A DNA stretch of 62,725 bases, the filler included, from Choristocarpus tenellus KU-1152 (taxonomy: Eukaryota > Protista > Phaeophyceae): NCBI GenBank assembly GCA_964200185.2. It is 10 parts of 10 records of this genome, joined end to end, with 100 filler letters (N's around TTAATTAATTAA, not from the genome) between each part and the next. Parts side by side here need not be neighbours in the genome. Positions count along the whole stretch, not along the records: positions 1 to 3,648 come from CAXNAD020018745.1; positions 3,749 to 13,343 come from CAXNAD020003547.1; 8 more parts are not named here. One strand, written 5' to 3'. The position numbers and the translations under genes were made by a program. Positions 1 through 11,310 of the stretch are shown in pieces. Position 1 is the stretch's first letter; every line of letters starts with the position of its first letter. The notes under the pieces are model-generated. The model ran no database searches. It was not told the DNA's origin and saw only the letters and a program-made list of their open reading frames with translations.

Positions 1-1487
1 GGCTACAGCAATATTGGATGTCAACGACCTACAAGACGCCCCCCCCCTCCCCGCCCCCTCCCCCCCCCCCAAAACCCCCTCGTAACTCTGAGTACTGTGG
101 CATGCATGTGGGTATCATCCCGCCAACCACTAAAAAAACATGATAAACCCTAACCCTAACCCCGATCACAGGGCACGCTCGAACTACCCGATTTTTTTTT
201 TCTCTTACTGATGAGTGCATGACACAAGGGCAAAAGTAGGGTGGGGGTCACCTAGGGAACCCGAGGACGAAAGAGGTTCTGCCTCTTCCTGCCGTTTGAA
301 GGGTTCTGAGTATGCGAACGGAATCGGTTCTGTTTTTTTTAAAAGTGCACCCAGAAGCAAGCGCATGCCCTATACGATCGAGAAATGGTTCTTTGTTCTT
401 TGTTCTTGTCCCCAAGGTGTAGCACACGGGGGTCTGGTCATATACTACCATAGTCTCAAAACCAATGCCAACCTTCAGAAAATCCCGATCAATGCTGAAA
501 TAAAATATACAACAAGTGGGAAGAAAATAATAAAAAGTACATTAGGGTAATTGATTACATTCAAATCTCTACAAACTCCCCCGCCTAAAAATATATATAT
601 TCACAACACAATGTGCAACAAAAGAAAACTAATTAAAAGTCAACACTGTCAATAATCAACCCCCTACACCACCTATGAACATACCAAATACTACATGAAA
701 TACAGACAGGAGGAAGAGTTAAATATACTATTAACTATTACTAAACTATATCATAGCCTCGTGTGAGTGGTGGACACCTTAGTGGTAGCTCTTCAAATCT
801 AGCATTGTGATCTCTGCCTACCTTTCGAACAAACCATCTTTTTTTTACTAATAACTTATTTGTAACAGTAATACTTGATGGTAAGATAGAGCTCTTCAAT
901 CGTTATTCGCACCTGCTAGAACCAAAAAGAGTCCCATCAAATCAAAGCAGTCGATGTATTTCATCCGTCACTAATAACCACGGGGCTGTTCAATTTAATA
1001 AATATCTTGTCTATACTTCAACGTATGTACTATCATAAAATAATAATATTTTACACCCACTGATAAAATGTATGTGTTTTGTTTTTTTTTAAAAATTTAT
1101 CGTAATGGGGGATAAAGAATAACCATTACACACACAAGCTAACACCTCAACATAGCCCACACGGCTCATAAGCAATGCCCTCAAACTATCTACAACAGAT
1201 ACTTGTACCCTCTATACCCCATGTTCAAGAAGACCATTTCACGTAACAACTCCAGACAAACCATTCCAAACCGTAATCAAACTCATACCCCTACAGTCAC
1301 CAGCTGGCAAAGACAAAACAAATTCTAAAAAAAAATTGATGCAATAAAACACGCCTGATTTCCATGGGGTGCTCTTGTGCCCCACCCGCCCCCACCTAAA
1401 CTAACCACTCATCCCAATCACCAACCAACAACCTAGTGTGCTCAATACCCCTACTCCTACACAACCCAGGTCCAAAAACCAACTCAC

Positions 1488-3031
1488 TTAAGCATATCCC
1501 TTGGGATGGGTCTAATACGCCAATCACTGAGCTGATGCTTCTTGTCTGGGACAAGGCTACAGTATGCGGAGAGGAGGTGAGAGAGAGCAAAGGACCGTAA
1601 CCCCAGCTGACGAGCGGCCTGAAAGATACAACAATAAAAAAAAATGATGCAAAAATAAAAACACGCCATTTTGTTTATTGGTTGGTACTGATGTGTACAC
1701 CACAGCAGTCAGCTGTGTTCATGTCACAAACAATTGTAGACTAGACTAATAATAATAATAATGTACTGTGTAGTGCAATAGTGTACACAAACAAAAAAAA
1801 GGTGTAGGGGATGGTATCGATTAAGAAAAGGTCAAAAATACAAAAAATAAGGTATATACCCTAAGTTGAACTTAGTACGAGTTATTTTTACTAACAAAAA
1901 ATACAAAAATAAAATAATTAAAAAAAGCATATTCTCCTCTGGTGCACAAGAACACACAGGTACACACTTGGAAAAAAAAATGCTGAGATTCTAGGACATC
2001 CTTATTATGGGTCTGTATGACAAGATTCCCACAATAATAACAAAAAACTGATACTAAAAATAAAACACCATTCTGTGCTGTTCATCAACACCCCCCCCAC
2101 CAACCAACCATTCAAGCTGACGCCAACCCTAACCCTAACCCTAATCCCAACATGCAAAAAAAGTGAACATTATGTAGATGCACGAAATGATCACCTATAT
2201 TACCCTACAGAAAAATAGAAAAATAACACGACAAAACAATTTCCACATGGAGGGGCTACCGCTTCTAACCCTAACCCTAACCGCTTCAAGGTACATACAC
2301 ATAATAATACATACATGTACATATAAGGTGACGCAAGCACCATTTCACACCCATGTCATCGACTACATATCTAGACACTGATGGGCAACCAGGATGAGGA
2401 TGAGGGTAAGTCAGTACGATATCTATTCTTAAAAGTGCTACATGGTACTGGGAGCGATCGTCTGTCCTCCCTATCTCTATCTCTCTTTGCGAGGTGGACC
2501 TGGCTTCTGGTCACCACTAGGGTGTTCCCGGGAACAGAAATCTCGTACCTGTCCTGTGTCAAACATGTTAACAACATATAGACCAAGGTCTCGTTGAAGC
2601 CAGAGGATATCCGAGTCTGAACCATGCAAAACCTAATGATTAGTAACGAACAGGACATGACGAGATATGATAAGACATGAAAAGACATGATAGCACACAA
2701 CAAGATACGATAGGACATTGACAAGACATGATAGCACATGACAAGACAGGAAAGGAAATGACAAGATATGACAAGACAAGACCAGAGATGATAGCACGTG
2801 ACAAGACAGGAAAGGACATGACAAGATATGACAAGACATGACCAGAGATGATAGCACGTGACAAGACAGGAAAGGATATGACAAGACATGACGTATCAGA
2901 CCTTGACGATGTTGGGGTCGGTGAAGATTGGCAGGAGTCTCCACATCTCTTTCCTAAGGGTAAGTGGGTCTACAATGTAATCCTTCTTCCTCGTTGACAT
3001 CTGCATCAGACACACCAGCCCTTGGAATGAC
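1488..3031 (-). CDS. RRP6: Exosome 3'-5' exonuclease Rrp6/EXOSC10, internal DEDDy exonuclease exons (partial gene)
   Basis: Phase-compatible GT-AG exons 3031-2902, 2632-2549 and 1618-1488 give (R)[43 protein letters not shown]|[28 protein letters not shown]|[43 protein letters not shown]. This matches the Rrp6 motifs CLMQIST, KVFHGADSDIxWLQ(K/R)[12 protein letters not shown] and QLADWRIRPLP. Confidence 0.93.
2650..2892. repeat. Intronic minisatellite of GACAA/GACAT/GATAT pentamers with a 60-bp higher-order unit
   Basis: 2761-2820 and 2821-2880 are near-identical 60-mers; the repeat fills most of the RRP6 intron 2633-2901. Confidence 0.9.
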
Positions 3032-3648
3032 CTGCAAGGAAATAAAAACAAAAACAAAATACCGTTAAAAAGTACTACGAGAATATGTATATCCATATCC
3101 ATCATCAATAAAAAAAAAGACAGAGCGAATATAATCAGAAATAATGCAAAAACAAAAAAAATTAACAAATGTTTTATCAAGAACAAAAAATGAAATCAGT
3201 AGAGATGATCATACTCAAGGCAAACAAGAAACCACAATAAGAACAATATTTGCTACAACATATATATTTTTTTAATTAACACAATTATTCAGACAACCGT
3301 TTCATTTTTACAAATGCTAACACCACAGTAGTATAGCACAGTACACCAGTCCCTCACGAAATAACATCATTAAAAATGTAACTACACAATGACAGTTACA
3401 AAAGTAACCGACGTATATTATCCAAGCAACACCAAGTTTTACAGACCACATTGATTTGTTTCACACTTCACATTGATGTTAGAACCGAAGGGGTTCAACT
3501 ACCCAAGAGGCATTATTACTGTCATTCATTTAAAGAGTTGCACACTCTCCACAAGATCAACCAACCCTTACGATTTAGAAATACCCCCCCCCCCCCCCCC
3601 CCCCCCCCCACACCCAAACACAAACTCGAGTACAATCCCCCACAACAA

Positions 3649-3748
3649 NNNNNNNNNNNNNNNNNNNNNNNNNNNNNNNNNNNNNNNNNNNNTTAATTAA
3701 TTAANNNNNNNNNNNNNNNNNNNNNNNNNNNNNNNNNNNNNNNNNNNN
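3649..3748. other. Artificial contig linker (N44-TTAATTAATTAA-N44)
   Basis: The same 100-nt six-frame-stop spacer recurs at 13344-13443, 18205-18304, 21666-21765, 35332-35431, 41156-41255, 45852-45951, 49117-49216 and 55603-55702. Confidence 0.98.
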
Positions 3749-3818
3749 TATGCAATCTGTCTGATTATTTTCCTCTTCTCCCTTGTCTGTGTTGTGTTTT
3801 CTTTAATATCAAATGAAG

Positions 3819-6800
3819 GTAACCTGGCTACAGGATGGGCTAGATAGCCATAACCTCACCATCATTCCCCATGCCGAGGTAAGGGAGGGAAGCTGTAAGG
3901 AGCTCTACTATATATATATCATGGAGTGGACACAGAAATATTTGCATATTCTACAATGCACTGAAGAATAATGCATGCTTAAATTGTGAATATTTTGAAC
4001 ATGGTGAGTTGTAACCTTACAGTCATTTGTTGACTTTTTCACTGGTACTCTGTACTTGCTATAGCTTTATGCTCTCCTTCTGTTTCATTTTTCGATGCAA
4101 AAAGGGTCACAGAAAATGTTGCAAGAAGCTTTGTGGTTTTTGTTATCTGCTCTTCACAACATTCTATTTGCTTGTATGCGATAACAATGTTGTAGACAAA
4201 GACACTCTGTTTGCGTCCCTACCCAGAAATGATAATGGGTGTGCAGTGTTTGCCCCTTCTCCACCTTCAGTAGCCTGCTTAAGGAACTGGCTGTTGGGTA
4301 GTGTAGGAGCTTGTGACAACGAAACTTAAATTTTTATATTTTTATATTGGCTGTTGTCCATGAGGTATAGATTGTAGGCCTGTCCCCTAATTGGCAGATG
4401 ACCCAAAAGTATTGAAACGTTGAGATATACAGTGTGATCCTTGTACTGTAAGTTATTGCCGGAAATGGCTGCTGCAAGGTATGTGTTTGTCGTATTTTAT
4501 AGTATATGGTTAGTCCTACCCCTGACCCTATGCATTAAGTGTATCATATTACAGTGAACACCTATAGGTTCTGGTGATGGATTGAAAAAGGTGTTGAAGA
4601 TCCCCTTCACAAAGATCTAAATGGTGCACACCTAATGATAAGGTAAGTGTGCATGTTTGATATGCCTTTATGTACCACAGTTGAACAATGGATGCACCTC
4701 ACAGGTAACAATCAATTGTCAAATGCACCTGGTAGGTTACTCGAGTAATGATGGATGCAGGGAAGGCTACAGGAGTAATTGCTACTATCACCCCACCGGA
4801 TGGGGGAGAGGTGAACCTAGACATACATGATACATGTATTTCAGTTGCATCTGTGCTTGTTGGACTTTCATCTCTCTTGGTGACTTCCTGCAGTTAATTG
4901 ATGCATGGTGGTCAGTGGTGTAATTTATCTTGTTTGCTCCTCTGGTGATCTTGTGGAAGAATATATTTCAGTTCTGGCGAAGCACAGAGTGTTTTTGGAT
5001 GAAGGGAATACTTGAGGTGTCAATCATGTTGACACTGCGTTGCAAATTGTTGATTCATTGGGTGGAATGCTTTTCCCCCTTTGATGGTATCCAACATACA
5101 TTCTCCATGTCTTTTTTGTTTTGTTAGAGTTATATTGTTGTCCTGCAAACTAGTGTTTGTACTTGCCACTATCATGCCAGGTAGCTCCCTTTCACAAACT
5201 AACGGCAATGCCAATGTTATGGCAGAACAAATTGATTACGTCACCCAAATATTTAGCCAATCGGTTTGATGTTTTTTCAATAGATGTCGTTAGAAGTTTG
5301 TGCATTACTACGTATTAATGAATACAACATGAGTTCGATATATTTTCACATAGAGCTCCGAACACACATACACACTCACTCACACACACACACATACACA
5401 CACACATATTCACATATTTTTGAGTACAAACACAAGAAACAATGTGGTCACCCTGATCATGAAATGTGACCCTATTGCACTACACCTTCATATGACTTCA
5501 CGTCAATTAGGCATGGGCACTCACAGTTCGGGCCAAGGCAGTGGTGGTTGCTGGCGGAGCACTCCACACCCCCGCTATCCTTCTTCGCTCCGGCCTCAAG
5601 CACCCCCTCCTGGGGCGACACCTTTGCCTGCATCCAGTCATGGCTGTTGCAGGTGTCTTTCCAGAGGACTACAAGAACAACTCCAGAGCTGGGGAAGAAA
5701 CTACAAGTAGTGCTGGCGATATGGACAGTAGTAGTGGAGGAAATTCATTTGGGAGGGGAGTGATGATGGGTGTGTATGTGGATGATCATATGGGTGTCGG
5801 AGGTCAAGGTGAGTTTGAGTTACAGGACTAGTGTTTGTTAGGGTTAGGGCTAGGGTTGGGCTTAGGTTTAGAATATATATATTGATAACCAGAATGGGGG
5901 AGTAAGGAACACATGCGAAGAGCAAGGTAGTGGTTGCTGATCAATATATTCAAAGGGTGTCATCCCTGCTGGGAAAAATAGGAGCATAAGCGATTTGAGT
6001 CTGATGCTGATGTCATCTTGGCCCCTCATTATACGTTGAGGTCTTCTCATTGGTATTTTGTGGCATGTGTTTGGTGCATTTGGCAGGGTATGGCGTGGTG
6101 GTACAGACACCTCCTATCCATCCTGGCCTCTTAGGGATGACCACACCGTGGAATGATGCTCTCACTTTCAGGTTTGTGGGAATAGCATTTCAATGTGACA
6201 TGTTCTCTCACCATTCAGTTGAGACTCCTTGGGTTCTTGATTGTAGCACCCTTTGCCCCAGGATGGTGTTGGTGATCCGTGAATGTTTGCCCAAGGTTCC
6301 AAAAGCATCTTATATAGTAAACACAGCTATTAAGTACCTCAGGATCCCTAATCCTTTCACAGTCTCCAGTCTTCATTTCAATCATTTCCTTTTTCACTTA
6401 AGCTTTACCATAATTATCATATACTCCGTATCCCATGGTACTCCTGACCCCTCTCCCCTACTTGTCACTGGAAGGCTCTCTGTGGCAATGGAGACAGAGA
6501 CAGCTTGTTTTATCGGGATAGCCAGGGATAGATCGAATGAAGACAACCGTGTTGTTCTGGGGCCTCGAGGGGATCCCATCATCAGGCAAGATGGGATTAC
6601 GCCACGCTGGAAACTATCTGTGATACCATATTGAAACTGTCGAAATAAATTGAGTCAAGCCCCATACACCACTTAAGAGGATGCTCAAACCTAACATTGA
6701 AGAATGTCTTTTCTACTGTAGATTTTCCCTTGGTGATGAGTCTCAAGGGCGAGGAGTAATTGTTGCTGAGGCAATTTAGATGTCCATGACATTTTGAAGA

Positions 6801-9800
6801 GGATATGTGCATAGGTGCAATTCGTGTGTTTACAGATAAAGACTAAGCATGGGAGCCAAAGTATCTTAGAGGGTAGAGCCGCGTCCATTTTGGGACCAAA
6901 ATCCATTGTTGCGATTTGGTGTAATTTTGACTATCATGCTTGTTAGGAAGTGTCAATATCATTATTCCGGAACAACCTTTTCATAACTCATACATTTCCC
7001 TACTCCGAAACATTTTGGAGTAGGAAAATGTCATGAAAAGAATCGTGGGAAGCCAAGCACCAAAATGGACAAACAGGGCAAAACCCGTACCCTCTAAGAT
7101 AGTTTCACTCATGGTTTGAAGAGCAACATGTACACAAGTGAATGATCTTAATTGTAGGTTACTACCTTATGGATAATCTCAACACCCTGTCACTTGATAA
7201 TGCTAGTTTGAGGCTTTAATTCATTTTAATTTCTTGTCAATGGCGCGATAAGGGAAAAATACTTTAAGTAGAAGTTGCAACGAGACAGTGATCAATTGAC
7301 CAGCAGCATGTTGTGGGTGGTGAGGGCCAACATGACAAACTGCTCTGTTTTTCCTTGGCTTCAACTTTTTTTTTCTTACTGTTAAGAAAAACTCATGTGT
7401 TCATTAATCGTGTAAAATGACCCAGATATAGCCTTAGCAACGAGGACAGTGATGTGCTCATCAAGGGTCGCTCAGAGAAGGCAAGTCTATATGATACTCC
7501 AATCAATGTTTGCATGGGATGGAGAGTTGCATAGTAATAATTTGTTGAGATGGAATTGTTTGTTGAAGACATGAAAAAATATTCTTGCTGACATACTGGA
7601 GAGTCAATAGTGTGCTGGATGTTGATTCAACTGCAATTGAGTTTATTTATTTGACTTTTTTTAGGCATTTGGACATGCCGAAGGGAGTTCCCTTTGGTAT
7701 TGGGTGTGTTAAAATAAACCCCTTAACTTTGCTCGACTGTTGATTATACTCACTTGAGGTTTGTTTTGTGTTGTGTCCTCCTCCTCATAAAGCATGCTTC
7801 ACACTACTTAGTTGTAAAACATGTGAGTAATGTTCTTTTTAGTGTTTCTCATGTACTTCTCAAACGTTACTGGAAGACAATTCACCGAGGAATTTGCTAG
7901 CAGGCATGGTGACTTTATGCAAGAGCCTCCTTTTTTTGGCGGTAGGCTGTGGTAAATTTTGCAAGTGTACCTCAAGAGTACCTCCGACTGCACTATTGTA
8001 CTTTACAAAATATGAAGTGTTTGTGGCACTTCACTCTTTTGTCTTGCAACAGGACCCATCACCTTTCAGCTGTTGCTCTCAAGGTTGGAGATGGTATATG
8101 CCTGCCTCCTTGTGACTGACTTCTATGATGACACTGACAATAGGTGTACGCTTGTTTCTTTTGCTTGCCACCTGTCTTAACGAGTGTTGATATTCTTCTA
8201 GAAAGGAACCCAACATCAAGATATCCCTTTTTTAATGTCCGAGAATCTGTGTGCCAATAATCAAACATGCAGTATGAACAGTAACATGCTCTCAACCCTT
8301 GGTATTCCTTTGTCAATGTGCAATGGGTGACTGCAACAATCCTGAAATTCGTTTGTATCCCTAACTACATGCCCCCAGCTGCGGCTTCTACGTGCTGCGG
8401 GAGCATCGCTGCTCGTACCTGTCCACACAGGGACTCGTTGGTTCTGTGCTGAAGGTGTGCAGAACTTGTGTTCTTGGGTATCCCACCATTACGTAACTTA
8501 CAGTTCCAATGGAGTCCAGATGTACTGTGCACATGTTATAGGTGTTGTGTTTGTGGCCGTTGTCAGGTGCATGTATGTGTTTTTATATATTGAAGAGGAA
8601 GGGCTTTCAGCACAGTGGGAAGGGTGGTTGCAAAACTCACGAAAAATAGTTGACCCAAGAGAGTATGGTGTTATGGATGGCCTATATGCAAGGTGTCATA
8701 CTTGTGCAAACGTTTGGAGGGACTGAGAATCCCTGTGTTGGTATTGATATGTGCACTGACTACAACAGTAGTCATGTCCTGCCTCTGGTTCCTATAAAAA
8801 CAACCACAAGAAATTCACGCTTGTTTCCACACCTCACCAAAACCTCTTCTTTGACAAAGCAGATAGGGATGAAGGTGACAGTGATTTTGAAGACTACATC
8901 AAGGAAACGGAAATGGCGGGGACCAGAGTGAACCAGGTACAAATGGTGCATGCACAGTGTGTGTGAAGCAAGTCATACGCACATGTAGTGTAGCTTATTA
9001 ATGCACACCTCATGTTCAGAAGTTGAGCCTACTCCACTACAGACTGCACACTGCTTTTGTTACATGGAGTCATAAAGACTCTGAGCTCAGATAGTAGTGC
9101 CAGGAGAACTGGAGAGAACAAATTGACAACTACTCTGGAGCTACTTTGCAGTAGTTTTTATGCCAAATCTCCTTCTTTGTTTAGGAACCATCACCACATC
9201 CAGTTTTATGACAAAGCCATCAATACCATTTGCTGTTTATTGCATTATAATTTTCTCTTCTTCCATGTACCCTTAGTTAGGCCCTTCTGATTCCCTTGAT
9301 ATCTACACCATCACATCCTCTCTGTGAGATCTAATCTCAAACGCCCCCTCACCATCCCCCTGGATGCTAGGCTGGCTTGTTTTCTGCGCATCAGATGGGC
9401 ACTTGTCGCATGGGTGCAACGGAAGCAGATGGCCCTGTGCGTGAGACTGGGGAAACCTGGGAGTGTGAAGGGCTTTATGTGGCAGATGCGTCTACCCTTC
9501 CCACCTCGTTGGGAATCAACCCCATGATTACAATAGAGGCGATTGCCTATGTTGTTGCAGAGGAGGTAAGGGGTACCAATTAAAGTTTGGTGGTATGTAC
9601 TGGGCTGTGTGACTCTGTATTCAATTGTTATTTATAGTACCTAGGAAAAGTTTAGTAGAGGAGATATGATTATCAGTGAGGAATCAAACATGATTGTGGT
9701 TATTGTGGGATCTACCAACGTGCTCCGCCTAAGCTAAGCATTGATTCTATGTCCCCTTACTTAACAAGTGTTCATGCATTTCCGTTCTGTAGTTTGTACT

Positions 9801-10355
9801 TCATTATTCATCACACAATACATCACAATGAGTTCACTGCATTGCCTCCCCTTCTTATCTCTTCTTGGAACATGCACGGTGTACATTGTGGTTGCATGTG
9901 AACCAACCTAACCTGTGCTAGCATGTCATCTCTCTGTGATCATTGATCACTTCCCCCTGACGGAAGGCATAGTCTCTGCACCTGTCTCCTTCTTTGTCAA
10001 CAAGCCTTTTGTTTATCTGTCCGTTGTCAGCCAATTCTACGTCCTCCTGTAGCTCAAGTTTCATTGCAGTGTACAATAGCTTTTATCCCTGTTCATCTCT
10101 GCCGGTTTTTCACATCTCGAACAGGTGGCAAAGAAGCTGCTACCATATAAAGGGGTAGGTGCGAGGATGCCTAACAATTCCGCACACAGCACATCAGAAG
10201 TGAGTGGTGATCAGTGTGAGGGCAGTGCCAGGGTGTACACTGCCACGTTTGATGGGAAGAAAAGGAGGGGCTGGGGAGGTACTATGGGAAAAGACCGTGA
10301 AGCAGGACCTGATAACGATGACTTTGGGGTGGATCCAGACAGTCTTATCTGGTGA
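3819..10355 (+). CDS. Long-chain fatty-alcohol oxidase/dehydrogenase (GMC oxidoreductase), 3' part of the gene, 10 exons
   Basis: Exons 3819-3878, 4736-4810, 5511-5808, 6087-6171, 6475-6585, 7426-7480, 8379-8454, 8863-8936, 9371-9565 and 10125-10355 join in phase. Motifs: TWLQD, GKATGV, VRAKAVVVAGGALHTPAILLRSGL..GRHLCLHP, LRLLRAAGA, FSAHQMGTCRMG, GETWECEGLYVADASTLPTSLGINPMITIEAIAY (GMC C-terminal domain, catalytic His/Asn). Confidence 0.92.
6853..7110. mobile_element. MITE family 2, copy 1 (258 bp, 23-bp TIR, 4-bp TSD ATGG)
   Basis: Left end GAGCCAAAGTATCTTAGAGGGTA versus reverse complement of right end GAGTGAAACTATCTTAGAGGGTA (20/23). ATGG at 6849-6852 and 7111-7114. Second copy at 16174-16443. 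Confidence 0.8.
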
Positions 10356-11129
10356 GACCCGTTATCAGCAGCTCAGGCACCCTATACTTGTCACAAGATC
10401 CTTCTGAACCAGTACGCCATCAACAGTCGAGTCATCGTGATATCATCTTGGCCACATGGATAATTGTTGAAACCTACTACAGTAAGGCACTTGGTGACGA
10501 CATATTCTGCTGAATGGTTTGCATATTTGAATGCATGCATGATGCCACGTGCCAAATATTGTGATAAACCAGCTCTAGTATATATGGGTCTATTAGTTGT
10601 ATGAACAAAAGGTTTCCGCTCATTGTTTTCTTGTTACAGGATAACAGCATTATATATCCATTGAGGCAGTTGTTCTTGTCTGCTTCAGTGCTTTAAATAT
10701 CGTTTCAGTTTATTCAGTGGAACAGTATGACTAAGAAAGAAATTGAGTTGAAGTAACCAAGATGGGGTATCACTGAATTGTATGGTACCCACTGGTTCTC
10801 TGGTGTTACACGTTTTTTTGAGCGCCTTATCCACAGTAGTGGAGTGCATTTTCACTGTTTCGGGGGTATATTCAGTTTGCAGAAGGAAGTTTATCTATCG
10901 CGCCCACTTGCAAATGTCTTGTTTTTATTTTTCTGGTCTAACACATGTTTTTTTTGGAGCTCCCTGTCCACAGCTGTGGAGTAAATTTCGAATGTTGTAT
11001 ATGGGTACAGTCAGTTTCTGGAAGGTCTATTCTTATTGGTACCATTTTGGATATCTTTTGGTCCATTTGTTACTTGTGTGAATATGGTGTGCTTGTATTT
11101 GTTTTGTGTGGTTTGCTTCTTCGAGGATA

Positions 11130-11310
11130 GGGTCAAAGTATCTGGGGGGGGGGTGGCGGCTGTCCCTTTGGGGTCAATTTTTTCATGTCGCGATTTCTGG
11201 GTGATTTGGTTGCATACGTCGGATGGATAGTGTAAGTGCACTTTTCTTGGTTTTGGCCCAGATGGACACCCTGGTGTAGACCCCCCTCCCCCCCCCAGAT
11301 ACTTTGGGTC
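11130..11310. mobile_element. MITE family 1 (about 181 bp, TIR core CAAAGTATCT-Gn), full copy
   Basis: Starts GGGTCAAAGTATCTGGGGGGGGGG and ends CCCCCCCAGATACTTTGGGTC. The internal sequence recurs at 13257, 35175 and 37664. Confidence 0.88.

Noticed and set aside
205-275. Possible hammerhead ribozyme (CTGATGAG...GACGAAA)
   Set aside because: No convincing stem II, or stems I and III, could be paired.
2371-2944. Cys/His/Leu-rich ORFs (172, 103 and 74 aa)
   Set aside because: Translations of the intronic minisatellite.
3693-3704. Recurring TTAATTAATTAA palindrome between N runs
   Set aside because: Artificial six-frame-stop linker; gene neighbourhoods across linkers are not meaningful.
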